From positions 150,910,001 to 150,974,000 of the forward strand of contig CM059431.1 in NCBI GenBank assembly GCA_030390025.1: DNA of 64,000 nucleotides, read 5' to 3'. The notes below the pieces were generated by a model. That model was not told the DNA's origin. It saw only the letters and a program-made list of their open reading frames with translations, and made no database searches. Each line of letters opens with the position of its first letter. The first letter of the stretch is position 1. Of the stretch, positions 1 to 11,868 are shown one piece after another. A program made the position numbers and the translations under genes. This DNA comes from Squalus acanthias (lineage: Eukaryota).

Positions 1-3000
1 GTGACCCTACTCTTATATTACTGGTGGTGTCCCTACTCTAACATTACATATGATGTCTATACTTTAACAATACTGGATTGTGACTCTACTCTAACATTAC
101 TGGTGGTGACTCTACCATAATATTAATGCTGGTGACCCTACTCTAGCATTATTGGTGATAAACCTACTATAACATAACTGGTGGTGACTCTACCCTAGCA
201 TTAATGCTGGTGACGCTACTCTAACATTACTGGTGTTTGATCTACTCCTTAACAATACTGGTGGCCACCCTTCTCTAACTTAACTGCTGGTGACCTTACT
301 CTAACATTAATGGTGTTGACCCGACTCTAACATTACTGGTGATTAACCTAATTTATCATTACTGGTGGCGAACGTTCTCTAACATTACTGGTGGTGACCC
401 TACTCTAACATTACAGGTATTTGCCCTACTCTATTATTAATGGTGGTGATCCTACTCTAAGATTACTGGTGGTGACCCTACTCTTCAACATTGGTGTCGA
501 ATTTACTCAACATTATTGGTGGTGAATCTAATCTAACATTACTGGTGGCGACTCTACCCTAACATTACTGCTGGTGAATCTACTCTAACTTTAATGGTGT
601 TGACCTTACTCTAACATTACTGGTTGTGACCCTACTGTAACATTAGTGGTGAAACTAATCTAACATTACTGGTGGTGAACCTAATATAAAATTACTGGTT
701 GTGACCCTACTCTATCATTAGTGGTTAATCTAATCTAACATTACTGGTGATGAAATATCTCTCAAATTAATAGTGATCACCCTACTCTAAGATAACTGCT
801 GGTGATTCAACTCTAACATTACCTGAGATGACCCTACTCTAACATTAATTGTGGTGACCCTACCATTACTGCTGGTGATCCTACTCTAACGTTCTGGTGG
901 TGAGCCTATTCTAACATTTCTGTTGATTTCTCTGCTTTTACATTACTGCTGGTTACTCTGCTGTACCAGTACTGGTGGTTACCATTCTCTAAATATACTG
1001 GTGCTAACCTACTGTAACATTATAGGTGGTGCACTACTCTAACATTACTGGTGGTGACCCTACTCTAACATTACTGATGGCGACACCACTCCAACATTAC
1101 TGGTGGTGAGTCTTCTCTAACATTACTGATGTTGACTCTACTCTAACATTACTGATTGCGACACCACTCCAACATTACTGGTTTTGACTCTAATCTAACA
1201 TTAATGGTAGTGAGCCTATTCTTGCCTTACTGTTGATGACTCTGCTTTAACATTACTGGTGGTTACTCTGCTCTGCCTTACTGGTTGTTAACATTCTCTA
1301 ACTATACTGGTGCTCAACCTAATCTAACATTATACGTGGTGACTCTAGTCTAACATAACTGAGGTTTCGTTACTCTAACATTACTGATTATGACTCTACT
1401 CTAACATCACTGTATGCGACCGAACTCTAAATAAACTGCTGGTGACCCTACTCCAGCCTTACTCTTACCAATACTGGTGAGGACTCTACACTAACATCAC
1501 CGGTGTTGACTCTACTCCCTCATTTCTGGTTGTGAAAATAGTCTTACATTACTGATGTTGACTCTACTCTAACATTACTGGTGATGACTGAACTCTAATA
1601 TTACTGGGGGTGACACAACTATAACATTACTGGTCGTGAATCTACTGCAACGCGACTTATAATGACCCTTCTCTAACATTAATGGTGGTGATACTATCCT
1701 AACATTACTATTGGTGACCCCATTCTATCATTAAATGTTCTGCCTCTACTCTTACATTACTGGTGTTGACTCCACTCTAATATTACTAGTCGTGACCATT
1801 CACCAATATTGCTGGTTGTTACTCTGCTCTAACATAACTACTGGTGACCCGATTCTAACATTACTGATGGTGACCCTAGTCTCACATTACTGGTGTTGAC
1901 CACACCCTAAAATAACTGTTTGTGACTCTACTCTAGCATGACATGTGATCACCCGACTCTAACATTACTGTTGGTGAACCTACTTGAACATTACTGGTGA
2001 CGACCACTCTGAAAATGTTAATGGTTGTGAACCTAATCTATAATTATTGGAGATGACACTAATCTAACAAATCTGCTGGTGAGCCTACTCTAACATTACT
2101 TGGGAGGAGTCCACTTTACTATTACTGGTGATGAACCTACTCTAACCTTACTGGTGGTGACCCTACTCTAACATTACTGGTGTTGCCCTACTATAACATT
2201 AATGATTGTGACTGTTCTCTAGCATTAATGATAGTGACGCTGCACTAAGATTGTTGTTTCTGACTGTACTCTAACATTCCTGGAGTTGATTCCATTCTGA
2301 CATTACTGATGTTGGCCACACTCTAGGATTATTTGTGATGCCCATACTATATCATTACTGGTGGTGACTCCATTCTAACATTACTGAGGATGAACCTGCT
2401 ATATCATTACAGTTGGTCACCAAACTATATCTTTACTGTTGTTGACCTTAATCAAATTTACTGGTTGTCAATCTACAATGGCATTACTTGAGATGACCCT
2501 GTACTTACTTTACTGGGGGTGACTCGACTCCAAAATTACACGTGTTGATCCTACTATAATTTAAATTGGGGTGACCATACTCGAACTTCACTGGTGCTGT
2601 CCCTACATTAGAATTACTGGTGGTGACTCGACTCTAACATTAGTGGTGATGATCCTACACTAACTTTACTGGTGATGATCCTACTCTAACATTACTGGTG
2701 TTGACCCTACTCTAACATTACTGGTGGTGATCCTACTCTAACATTACTGGTGGTGACTTAACTCTAGCATTACTGGTGGTGTATCTAATCGAACATTACT
2801 GGTAGTGACGCTACTCTAACATTATTGCTGGTGCCACTACTCTAACATTACTGGTGGTGAAGCTACTCTGACATTACTGGTGGCGAATCGACCTTAACAT
2901 TACTGGTGGTGACCCTACTCTAACATTACCATTACTGGTGGTGACTCTACTCTAACATTAGTGGTGGCGACCCTACTCTAACATTACTGGTAGTGACCCC

Positions 3001-5701
3001 ACTATAACATTACTGGTGGTGAGCCAACTATAACATTACTGGTGGTGAACCTACTCTAACATTAATGGTGGTGAGCCTATTATAACGTTACTGTTGATGA
3101 CTCTGCTTTTACATGAATTGTGGTTACTCTGCTCTGCCATTACTGTTGGTTACCATTCTCTAACTCTACTGGTGCTCAACCTACTCTAACATTATAGTTG
3201 GTGACTCTACTCTAACATTACTGAGGTGACATTACTCTAACATTAATGATTGTGACTCTCCTCTAAAATTACTGTATGTGACCGCACACTAAAATAACTG
3301 ATGGGGACCCTACTCTAACATTACTTTTACCAATAGTAGTGTTGACTTTAAACTAAAATGACCGGTGTTGACTCAACTTCCTCATTACTGGTGGTGAAAA
3401 TATACTAACATTACTGGTGTTGACTCGAATCTAACATGGCTGGTGGTGACCCTACTTGAACATCACTAGTTGTGACTCTAATCTAACCGTACTGTTGGTG
3501 ACCGTTTTCTGAGATTAAGTGTGGTGCCTGTACTATATCATTAATATTTGTGACTCTTCAGTAACATTACTGACTGTGACCCTACTCTAACATTGCTGTG
3601 TATGACTCTACTCTATCTATACTTGTGGTGATCCTATTCCAACATTACTCGGCGTTGACTATACTCTAACATTACTGATGTTGACTGAACTCTAATATTA
3701 TTGGTGGAGACACCAATATAACATTACTGGTCGAGAATCTAGTGAAACATGAATTATAATGACACTACTCGAACATTACTGATGGTGACGCTACCTTAAC
3801 ATTACTATTGGTGACCCCAAGCTATCATTACATGTTGTGACTCTACTCTTACATTACTGGTGTTGACCCCACTTTAATATTACTGATGGTGACCATTCAT
3901 TAATATTTCTGGTTGTGACTCTACTTTAATATTACTGCTTGTGACCCGATTCTAACGTTACGGATGGTGACCCTAGTCTAACATTATTGGTGGTGACTCG
4001 ACTTGAACATTACTGGTAAAGAACACTCTCTAAAGTTAATGGTTCTGAAACTAATGTATATTTATTGGAGATGACACTAATCTAACAGATCTGTTGGTGA
4101 GCCTACGCTAACGTTACTAGGGAGGAGACTTCTCTACCATTACTGGTGATGAACCTACTCTAACCTTACTGCTGGTGACCCTACTCTAACATTTCTGGTG
4201 TTGCCCCTACTATAACATTAATGATTGTGACTGTTCTCCAGCATTACTGATTGTGACTCTGCACTAGGATTGTTGTTTCTGACTGTACTCTAACATGCTT
4301 GGAGTTCATTCTACTCTAACAGTACAGAGGTGGCCACACTCTAAGATTATTGGTGATGCCCATACTTTATCATTACTGGTGGTGACTCCACTGTAACATT
4401 ACAGGTGATGAACCTGCTATACCATTACTGTTGGTCAACAAACTGTTGGTCAACTTAATCTAATTTACTGGTTGTGAATCTACAATGGCATTACTTGAGA
4501 TGACCCTACTCTAACCTTACTGGTGGTGACTCTGATGTAAAATTACTCGTGTTGATCCTACTATAATTTAAATGTGGGTGACCTTACTCTAACATTACTG
4601 GTGCTGTCTCTACATGAATATTACTGGTGGTGACTCGACTCTAACATTACTAGTTTTGACTCTACTCTAACTTTACTAGTGATGATCACACTCTAACATT
4701 ACTGGTGGTGGCCCTATTTTAACATTACTGGTGGTGATCCTACTCTATGATTACTGGTGGTGACTCTACTCTAACATTACTGGTGGTGTATCTAATCGAA
4801 AATTACAGGAAGTGACTCTACTCTAACATTATTGGTGGCGACTCTACTGTAACATTACTGGTGGTGAACCTACTCTAACATTACTGGTGGTGAACCTACT
4901 CTAACATTAATGGTGTTCGGCCTATTCAAACTTTAATGTTGATGACTCTGTTTTAACATTATTTGTGTTTACTCTGCTCTGCCATTGCTGTTGGTTACCA
5001 TTTTCTAACTATCCTGGTGCTCATCCTACTCTAACAATATACTTGGTGACTCTACTCTAACATTACTGAGGTGACATTACTCTAACATTAATGATTGTGA
5101 CTCTACTCTAAAATTACTGTATGTGACCGCACACTAAATTAACTGATGGTGACCCTACTCCAACAATACTTTTACCAATTTTGGTGGTGAATATACACTA
5201 AAATTACCCGTGTTGACTCTACTCTGACATTACTAGTGATGACTGAACTCTTATATTACTGGGGGTGACACTACTATAACATTACTGGTCGTGAATCTAC
5301 AGTAACGTGAATTATAATGACCCTAATCTAACATTACTGATGGTGATTCGACCCTAACATTATTATTGGTGACCCCACGCAAGGATTACATGTTGTGACT
5401 CTAATCTTACATTACTGGTGTTGACTCCACACTATTATTACTGGTGGTAACCGTTCACTAATATTTCTGATTGTTACTCTACTTCAACGTTACAGCTGGT
5501 GATCCGATTCTAACATCACTGATGGTGACCCTAGTCTAACATTAATGGTGGTGACTCTACTGGAACATTACTGGTGACGACCAAACTCTTAAGTTAATGG
5601 TTGTGAACCTAATCTTTAATTATAGGAGATTACACTAATCTAACAATTATGCTGGTGAGCCTACTCTAACATTACTATTGAGGAGTCTACTCTACCATTA
5701 C

Positions 5702-6310
5702 CGGGGATGAGGGGATGGCCATATAAGGAGAAGTTGGGTAGATTGGGACTCTACTCATTGGAGTTCAGAAGAATGAGAGGCGATCTTATTGAAACATATA
5801 AGATTGTGAAGGGGTTAGATCGGGTGGATGCTTGGAGGATGTTCCCGATGATGGGTGAAACTAGAACTAGGGGGTATAGTCTTAGAATAAGGGGCTGCTC
5901 TTTCAAAACTGAGATGAGAAGGAACTACTTCACTCAGAGGGTGGCAGGTCCACGGAATATGCTGCCCCAAAAAGCTGTAGAAGCTACATCATTACATAAA
6001 TTTAAAACAGAAATAGACAGTTTCCTAGAAGTGAAGGGAATTAAGGATTACGGGGAGCGGGCAGGAATTTAACCATGAGTATAGGTTCGGATCGATCATG
6101 GCCCTGTGTGTAGCGTAGCGGGCCCAGTGGCCGTGTAGCCTGATCCTGCGCCTATTTCGTGTGTCCAATTCTGTTCGGTTCAGGAGATGGTTCTGTGATA
6201 GTAGATTGGCGGTTAGGATCAGATCAGCCATGATCTTATTGAATGGCAGTGCAGGCTCGAGGTGCCAATTGGCCTACTCCTGCTCCTATGTCTTATGTTC
6301 TTATCTTGTT
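5702..6310 (+). mobile_element. 5'-truncated CR1-type LINE 3' end inserted in satellite
   Basis: ORF 5707-6072 (YSLEFRRMRGDLIETYKI..., CR1 ORF2 C-terminus), 3' UTR, TTCTTATG-like tail. Probable target-site duplication (TSD) ATTAC at 5697-5701 and 6311-6315. Same family as 23881-27425 and 38272-42030. Confidence 0.92.
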
Positions 6311-6920
6311 ATTACTGGTGATGAACCTACTCTAACCTTACTGTTGGTGACCCTACTCTAAAATGACTGGTTTTCGCCCCTGCTATAAAATTAATGATTG
6401 CGACTGTACTCTAGCATTATGTTTGTGACACTGCAGTACGATTGTTGTTTCTGCCTGTACTCTAACATTCCTGGAGTTGATTCCACTCTAACATTACTGG
6501 TGTTGGCCACACTCTAAGATTATTGTTGATGCCCATTCTATAATATTACCGGTGGTGACTCCACTTTAACGTTACTGGTAATGAATCTGCAATAACATTA
6601 TCGTTGGTGACCAAACTATATCATTACTGTTGCTGTACTTAATCTAATTTACTGGTTGTGAATCTGCAATGGCATTACCTGAGATGACCCTAATCTAACC
6701 TTACTGTTGGTGACTCTAATGTAAAATTACTCGTGTTGATCCTACTATAATTTTAATGTGGCTGACCGTACTCTAACATTACTGTCGGTGTGTCTACATG
6801 AACATTACTGGTGGTGACTGGACTCTAACATTACTGATGATGACCCTACTCTAACATTACTGGCCGTGTCCCTAATCTAACATTAATCGTGTTGACCCTA
6901 CTCCATCATCAATAGTGGTC

Positions 6921-7132
6921 ATGATGCGGAGATGCCGGTGTTGGACTGGGGTGGACAAAAATGAGAAGGCGCACAACACCAGGTTATAGTCCAAAAGTTT
7001 TATTTGAAATTAAGAGATTTCGGAGCGCTGCTCCTTCGTCAGGTACAGGTACAGACGAAGGAGCAGAGCTCCGAAAGATCGAATTTCAAATAAAACTGTT
7101 GGACTATAACCTGGTGTTGTGCGACTTCTCAG
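6921..7132. mobile_element. Penelope-like element remnant (inverted pseudo-LTR hairpin)
   Basis: ~80-bp inverted arms at 6962-7041 and 7053-7131, carrying CTGACGAAGGAGCAGCGCTCCGAAA and AATAAAACTGTTGGACTATAACCTGGTGTTGTG. Flanked by CAATAGTGGT at 6910-6919 and 7133-7142. Confidence 0.75.
7018..7043 (-). ncRNA. Hammerhead ribozyme-like core within the Penelope-like remnant
   Basis: Minus strand reads C-CUGACGA-A-GGAGC-AGC-GCUCC-GAAA, i.e. the conserved core boxes around helix II. Helices I and III are not clearly intact. Confidence 0.55.
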
Positions 7133-8449
7133 CAATAGTGGTGACATTATCCTAACCTTTCTGGTGTTGTCCCTACTCTAACATTAATGGCCGTGTCCCT
7201 ACTATACCATTACACGTGTTGACCTTACTCTAACATTACTATTGGTGAGTCTACTCTAACATTACTGGTGCTGACATTACTCTATTATTACTGGTGTTGA
7301 CCCGACTCTAACGTTACTGGTGTTGATCTTACTCTAACATTACTGGTGTTCATCCTACTCTAACATTACTGATGGTGACCCTTCTCTAACGTTACTGGTG
7401 GTGAGTCTACACTAACGTTACTGGTGGTGAGTCTACTCCAACATTACTCGTGGTGACGTTACTCTAACATTACTGGTGTTGACGCTACTCTAACATTATT
7501 GTGGTGACTCTACTCAAACATTACTGGTGTTGACCCTACTCTAACATAACAAGTGGTGACCCTACTCTAATATTACTGGTGGTGACCATACTCTAACATT
7601 ACTGGTGGTGACACTATTCTAACATTACTTGTGGTGACTCTACGCCAACATTACTGTTGGTGAACCTACTCTAACATGACTTGTGGTGATCCTAATCGAA
7701 CAGCACTGGTATTGACCGACTGTAATATTAGTTTTGGTGACCTTACTCGAACATTAATGATGTTGACTCTACTCTAACATTACTGGTGGTGACTCTACTC
7801 CAACATTACTGATGGTGAACCTACGCCAACATTACTGATGGTGACCCTACTTCAACAGTGCTGGTGGTGACCGGACTCATACATTTCTGATCATGACTCA
7901 GCATTAAAACTACTGGGGCTTTAGCCTAATCTAACGTTACTGGAAGTCACCCGACTGCAACATTACTGTTTGGAACAAAACACAACAAGTTCTGATCAAT
8001 ACTCGGACCTAATATTATTAGAGGTGATCCTACTATAACATTGCTGCTGATGACTCTACTCTAACAATACTGGTGGTTATCCTACTCTGACATCACCGGT
8101 GGTGAAATTACTCTGACATTACTGGCCTTTATTCCTACTCTAGCATTATTGTTCCTGACACAAATATGACACTGTTCTTGCTTGCACTACCCTAATATTA
8201 CTATTGTTAATTGTATTCTAACATCACTGGTGGTGCCCAATTTTAACATCACCGGTGGAGATTCAACTCTAAAATTATTGATTATGGGACCCATCTAACA
8301 TAACATGTGGTGACTCCAATCTAACATTAACGATGTTGAACCTACTCGAAATTACTGTTGATGAGCCTACTCTATGATTATTGATGATGACTCCACACTA
8401 ACAATAATGGCGAGGACAAGTCACTGATATTACTGCCGGTGACCTCTCG

Positions 8450-9455
8450 TGGGTACGGCAGCATAATGGTTATGTTGCTTGACTAGTAATCCAGAGGGCG
8501 GGACTAATAATACGAAGATGTGAGTTCCAAACCCGAGCCTCCCCATGGCAGTTTGGGAATTTCAAAGCAGTTAGTTAAATAAATCTCTAATAAAAAGCAA
8601 GTATCATGAATGATGTACATGAAGCTATCGGTTTATAGTAGAAAGGCAAGTTGTTCACTAATGGAAAGTAGGGAAGGAAACCTGTCATCCTTAGCCTGCA
8701 AGGCCTATATGTGACAGTTAAATAACCTCTGAGATGGCCGAAGAAGACACTAATTTGTATCAAAGCGCTCTAAATGAGTATAATAAGAATGAAATTGGAC
8801 GGATCGGGCTCGGAAACGAGAAAGGCACAACCCACCCATTCGACCTGCAAAGTCCTCATCACTAATATCTGGGGACTTGTGCTAATATTGGCTGAGCTGC
8901 CCCACAGACTAGTCCAACAGCAGCCTGACACAGCCATACTGACAGAATCATATCTTTCAGCCAATGTCCCACTCTCTTCCATCTCCATCCCTGGATCTAT
9001 CCTGACCCACCAGATATGGCGGTACTCCAGTTTATAGTCGGGTCGGAGTGGCCCTGAGAGTCCTCATAATATATTTCGGACTCCATGAAGTTTCGTGGCA
9101 ACAGGTCAAACATGGGCAAGGGTAGCTCCGACTGACAACATACGCCCTCCCTAATCTGATGAAACAGTACGCCTCCTTGGAAGAAGCACTAAGGTTAGCG
9201 AGAGCGCAGAATGCAGTCTGGGGCGTGGACTTCAATGTCCATCACCAAGACTGGATCGGAAGCACCACTAAAGGATACAAATGCCAAATTGGGCGTGCAG
9301 GAGCCGGTGAGAAAACCCACACGGCGGAAATCCCAGTTGACTTCCTCCTGACCAATCTACCTGATGCATCTCTGCTTGGACGAATTTGTTGGAGTGATCA
9401 CTGCACAGTCCTTGAGGAGACGAGGCCCGTACTCACACAGAGGGCACCCTACCTC
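8450..9455 (+). mobile_element. 5' part of a non-LTR retrotransposon: tRNA-like/SINE-type head followed by a decayed APE endonuclease
   Basis: Head GGCAGCATAATGGTTATG...GAGTTCCAAACC has A/B-box-like motifs. ORF fragments read NIWGLV..ELPHRLVQQQPDTAILTESYL and GVDFNVHHQDWIGS...SDH (endonuclease motifs). Confidence 0.75.
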
Positions 9456-11490
9456 CAGTAATGTTAGAATAGGTCATCACCAGTAATGTTCGTGTCGTGT
9501 CACTATCAGAAATGTTAGACAAGAGCCACCACCAGTAATGTTAGAGTAGAATTACCAACGGTGCTGTTAGAGTAGGATCATCACGGTTAATTCTAGAATA
9601 ATGTCACCACCAGTAATTTAGAGTAGGATCACTTCCAGTAATGTTAGAGTAGAGTCACCACCAGTAATGTTAGAGACGAGTCGCCTCCAGCAATGCTAAA
9701 GTCGAGTCACAACCAATAGTATTAGACGAGGGTCTCTACCAGTTATATTCGAGTTCAGTCGCCTCCAGTAATGTTGGAGTAGTGTCATCCCCAGTATTGT
9801 TAGTGTAGAGTCTGCACCAGCAACGTTCGAGTAGGGTCAAGAGCAATAAGATTGGAGTAGAGACCCAATCATTAATGTTAGACAAGTGTCATCAGCAGTA
9901 ATATTAGTGTAGATTCAGCACCAGTAATGTTAGAATGGGGTCTACACCAGTACTGCTGGACTTGGATTACCACTAGTAATGTTAATGTAGATTCAGCACC
10001 AGCAATAACATAGTAGAATCACCACCAGCAATGTTCGAGTAGGGTCAACTTCAGTAATTTTAGAGTAGAGTCACCACCTGTAATGTTAGAGTAGGGTCTC
10101 CACCAGTAATGTTAAACTATGTTCATCACCAGTAATATTAGAGTGGGGTCAGGACCAGTAATTATATTGTAGAGCCACAGGCCAGTAAAGTTAGAGAAGT
10201 GTCATCATCAGTAATGTAAGAGTGGGATCTCCAGCAGTAATGTTATAGTAGGGTCACCACCAGTTTTGTCAATGCAGGATCACCACCAGTAATGTTAGAA
10301 TAGGGTCACCACCAGTAATGTTATAATAGGGTCACCACCAGTAATGTTAGAATAGGTTCACCACCAGTAATGTTTGAGTACAGTCACTACCAGTAACGAT
10401 AGCTTAGATTCAGCAGAGGTAATGTTAGAATAGGTTCACCACCAGTAATGTTAGAGTAGGCTAAACTCCAGTAACGTGAGACTAATGAACAGTAATGTTC
10501 GAGTGCAGTCACGACCAATAATGTTAGAGTATTGTCACAAGCAGTAATCTTGGACTAGTGTCAACACCAGCAATGTTATTGTACAGTCACCGCAATTAAC
10601 GTTAGAATAGGGTCCCCACCACATATATTAGAGTAGAGTCAATACCAGCAATGTTACAGTAGAGTCACCACCAGTAATGTTAGAGTTGGGTCAATACCAG
10701 CAATGTTATAGTAGAGTCACCGTCAGTAATAATTCATTAGAGTCACCATCAGCAATGTTAGATTAGCGTCAGTACCAGTAATGTTAGAATAGGGTCACCA
10801 CCAAAAATTTTAGAGTAGAGTCCCCAGCAGCAATGTTAGAGTAGAGGCAGCACCAGTAATGTAACAGTGCGGTCACCACCAGTAATATTGGAGTGCGGTC
10901 ACCAGCAGTAATGTTACTGTAGAGTCACCACCAGTAATGTTAGAGTAGAGGCACAACCAGTAATGTTCGGTTAGAGTCCCCACCAGTAATGTTAGAGTAG
11001 ATTCACTACCAGTAATGTTAGAGTGCGGTCACCAGCAGTAATGTTAGAGTAGAGTCACCACCAGTAATGTTAGAATAGCGTCACTTCCAGTAATGTTAGA
11101 GGAGGTTCTTCACAATTAATGTTAGTGTAGGGTCTCCATCAATAATCTTCGGTTCAGTCATGACCAATAATGTTAGAGTAGGTTCACCACCAGTAATTGT
11201 CGAGTTGATACATCACCAATAATGTTAGATTAGGGTCATCACCAGTAATCTTACTGTATGATCACCACCAGTAATATTAGAGTAGAGTCATCACAATTAA
11301 TGATAGATGATGGCCACTACAAGTAATATTAGTGTAGGATCACCACCAGTAATATTGGAGTAGAATCATCACCATTAATGTTAGGTGATGGCTACCACCA
11401 GTAATTTTATTTTAGGATCACCACCAGTAATATTAGAGAAGTGTGTCGGCCAGTAATGTTAGGGCAGGATCGTCAACAGTAACGTTAAAG
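9456..11490 (-). repeat. 26-bp satellite array B, reverse orientation, directly upstream of GPCR gene 1
   Basis: Tandem CCAGTAATGTTAGAGTAGGGTCACCA monomers. Confidence 0.96.
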
Positions 11491-11868
11491 CGTTACTTAT
11501 GGAATGGATGAGAGAATATTTCACCAAATTATGTGAGGCCCTTAGAAGCTAACACAGGGACTTGGAGAGATGTTCCCTTCAGGTTTCACATGGCGGGTGC
11601 AGAGCGCATTCCCTCTGGAATTAACTCCCTTTCATTGTTTTTAATGGACGGAGTTTCATGGACTCAGATGTACAATTTCCCCATTGGGCGCACTGAAGCG
11701 GAAAATCGCCCCTTGTTTGTTAAGTGGCTGTAACTATGTTCAATTATTGTGTAACCTCGCTTTCTCACCAGGTCACGGATTGTTCTATAAAGGGGGAGCA
11801 TTTACGGATCTCAGATAAACGCCAGTCGGAACTGTAAAGCAGGACAGTATTCACACAGTCTTCTGAAA
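11491..11868 (+). promoter_or_regulatory. Proximal promoter/5' UTR of GPCR gene 1, TATAAA at 11786-11791
   Basis: Alignable to 18876-19270 and to the reverse complement of 60005-60400 (AATGGATGA..ATTTCAC, GCGGAAAAT, TTCTCAC, CTATAAA). TATA lies 83 nt before the ATG. Confidence 0.7.

Larger units (their letters stand above)
1..8450 (+). repeat. 26-bp tandem satellite array A (consensus CTACTCTAACATTACTGGTGGTGACC), running off the left edge, interrupted by two insertions
   Basis: Direct 26-bp periodicity, e.g. 2681-2760. Diverged monomers and a higher-order duplication. The most degenerate part is ~7850-8450. Confidence 0.97.

Noticed and set aside
1..8450. Satellite as a CRISPR array or a coding repeat
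   Set aside because: Monomers abut with no unique spacers, there are no cas genes and the context is eukaryotic. The 26-bp period with TAA/TGA/TAG triplets closes all frames, and the ORF track shows no long ORFs in the arrays.
11605..11690. Olfactory-type O/E (EBF) sites in the promoter
   Set aside because: TCCCTCTGGA and CCCATTGGG do not fit TCCCNNGGGA exactly and are not conserved in all three promoters.
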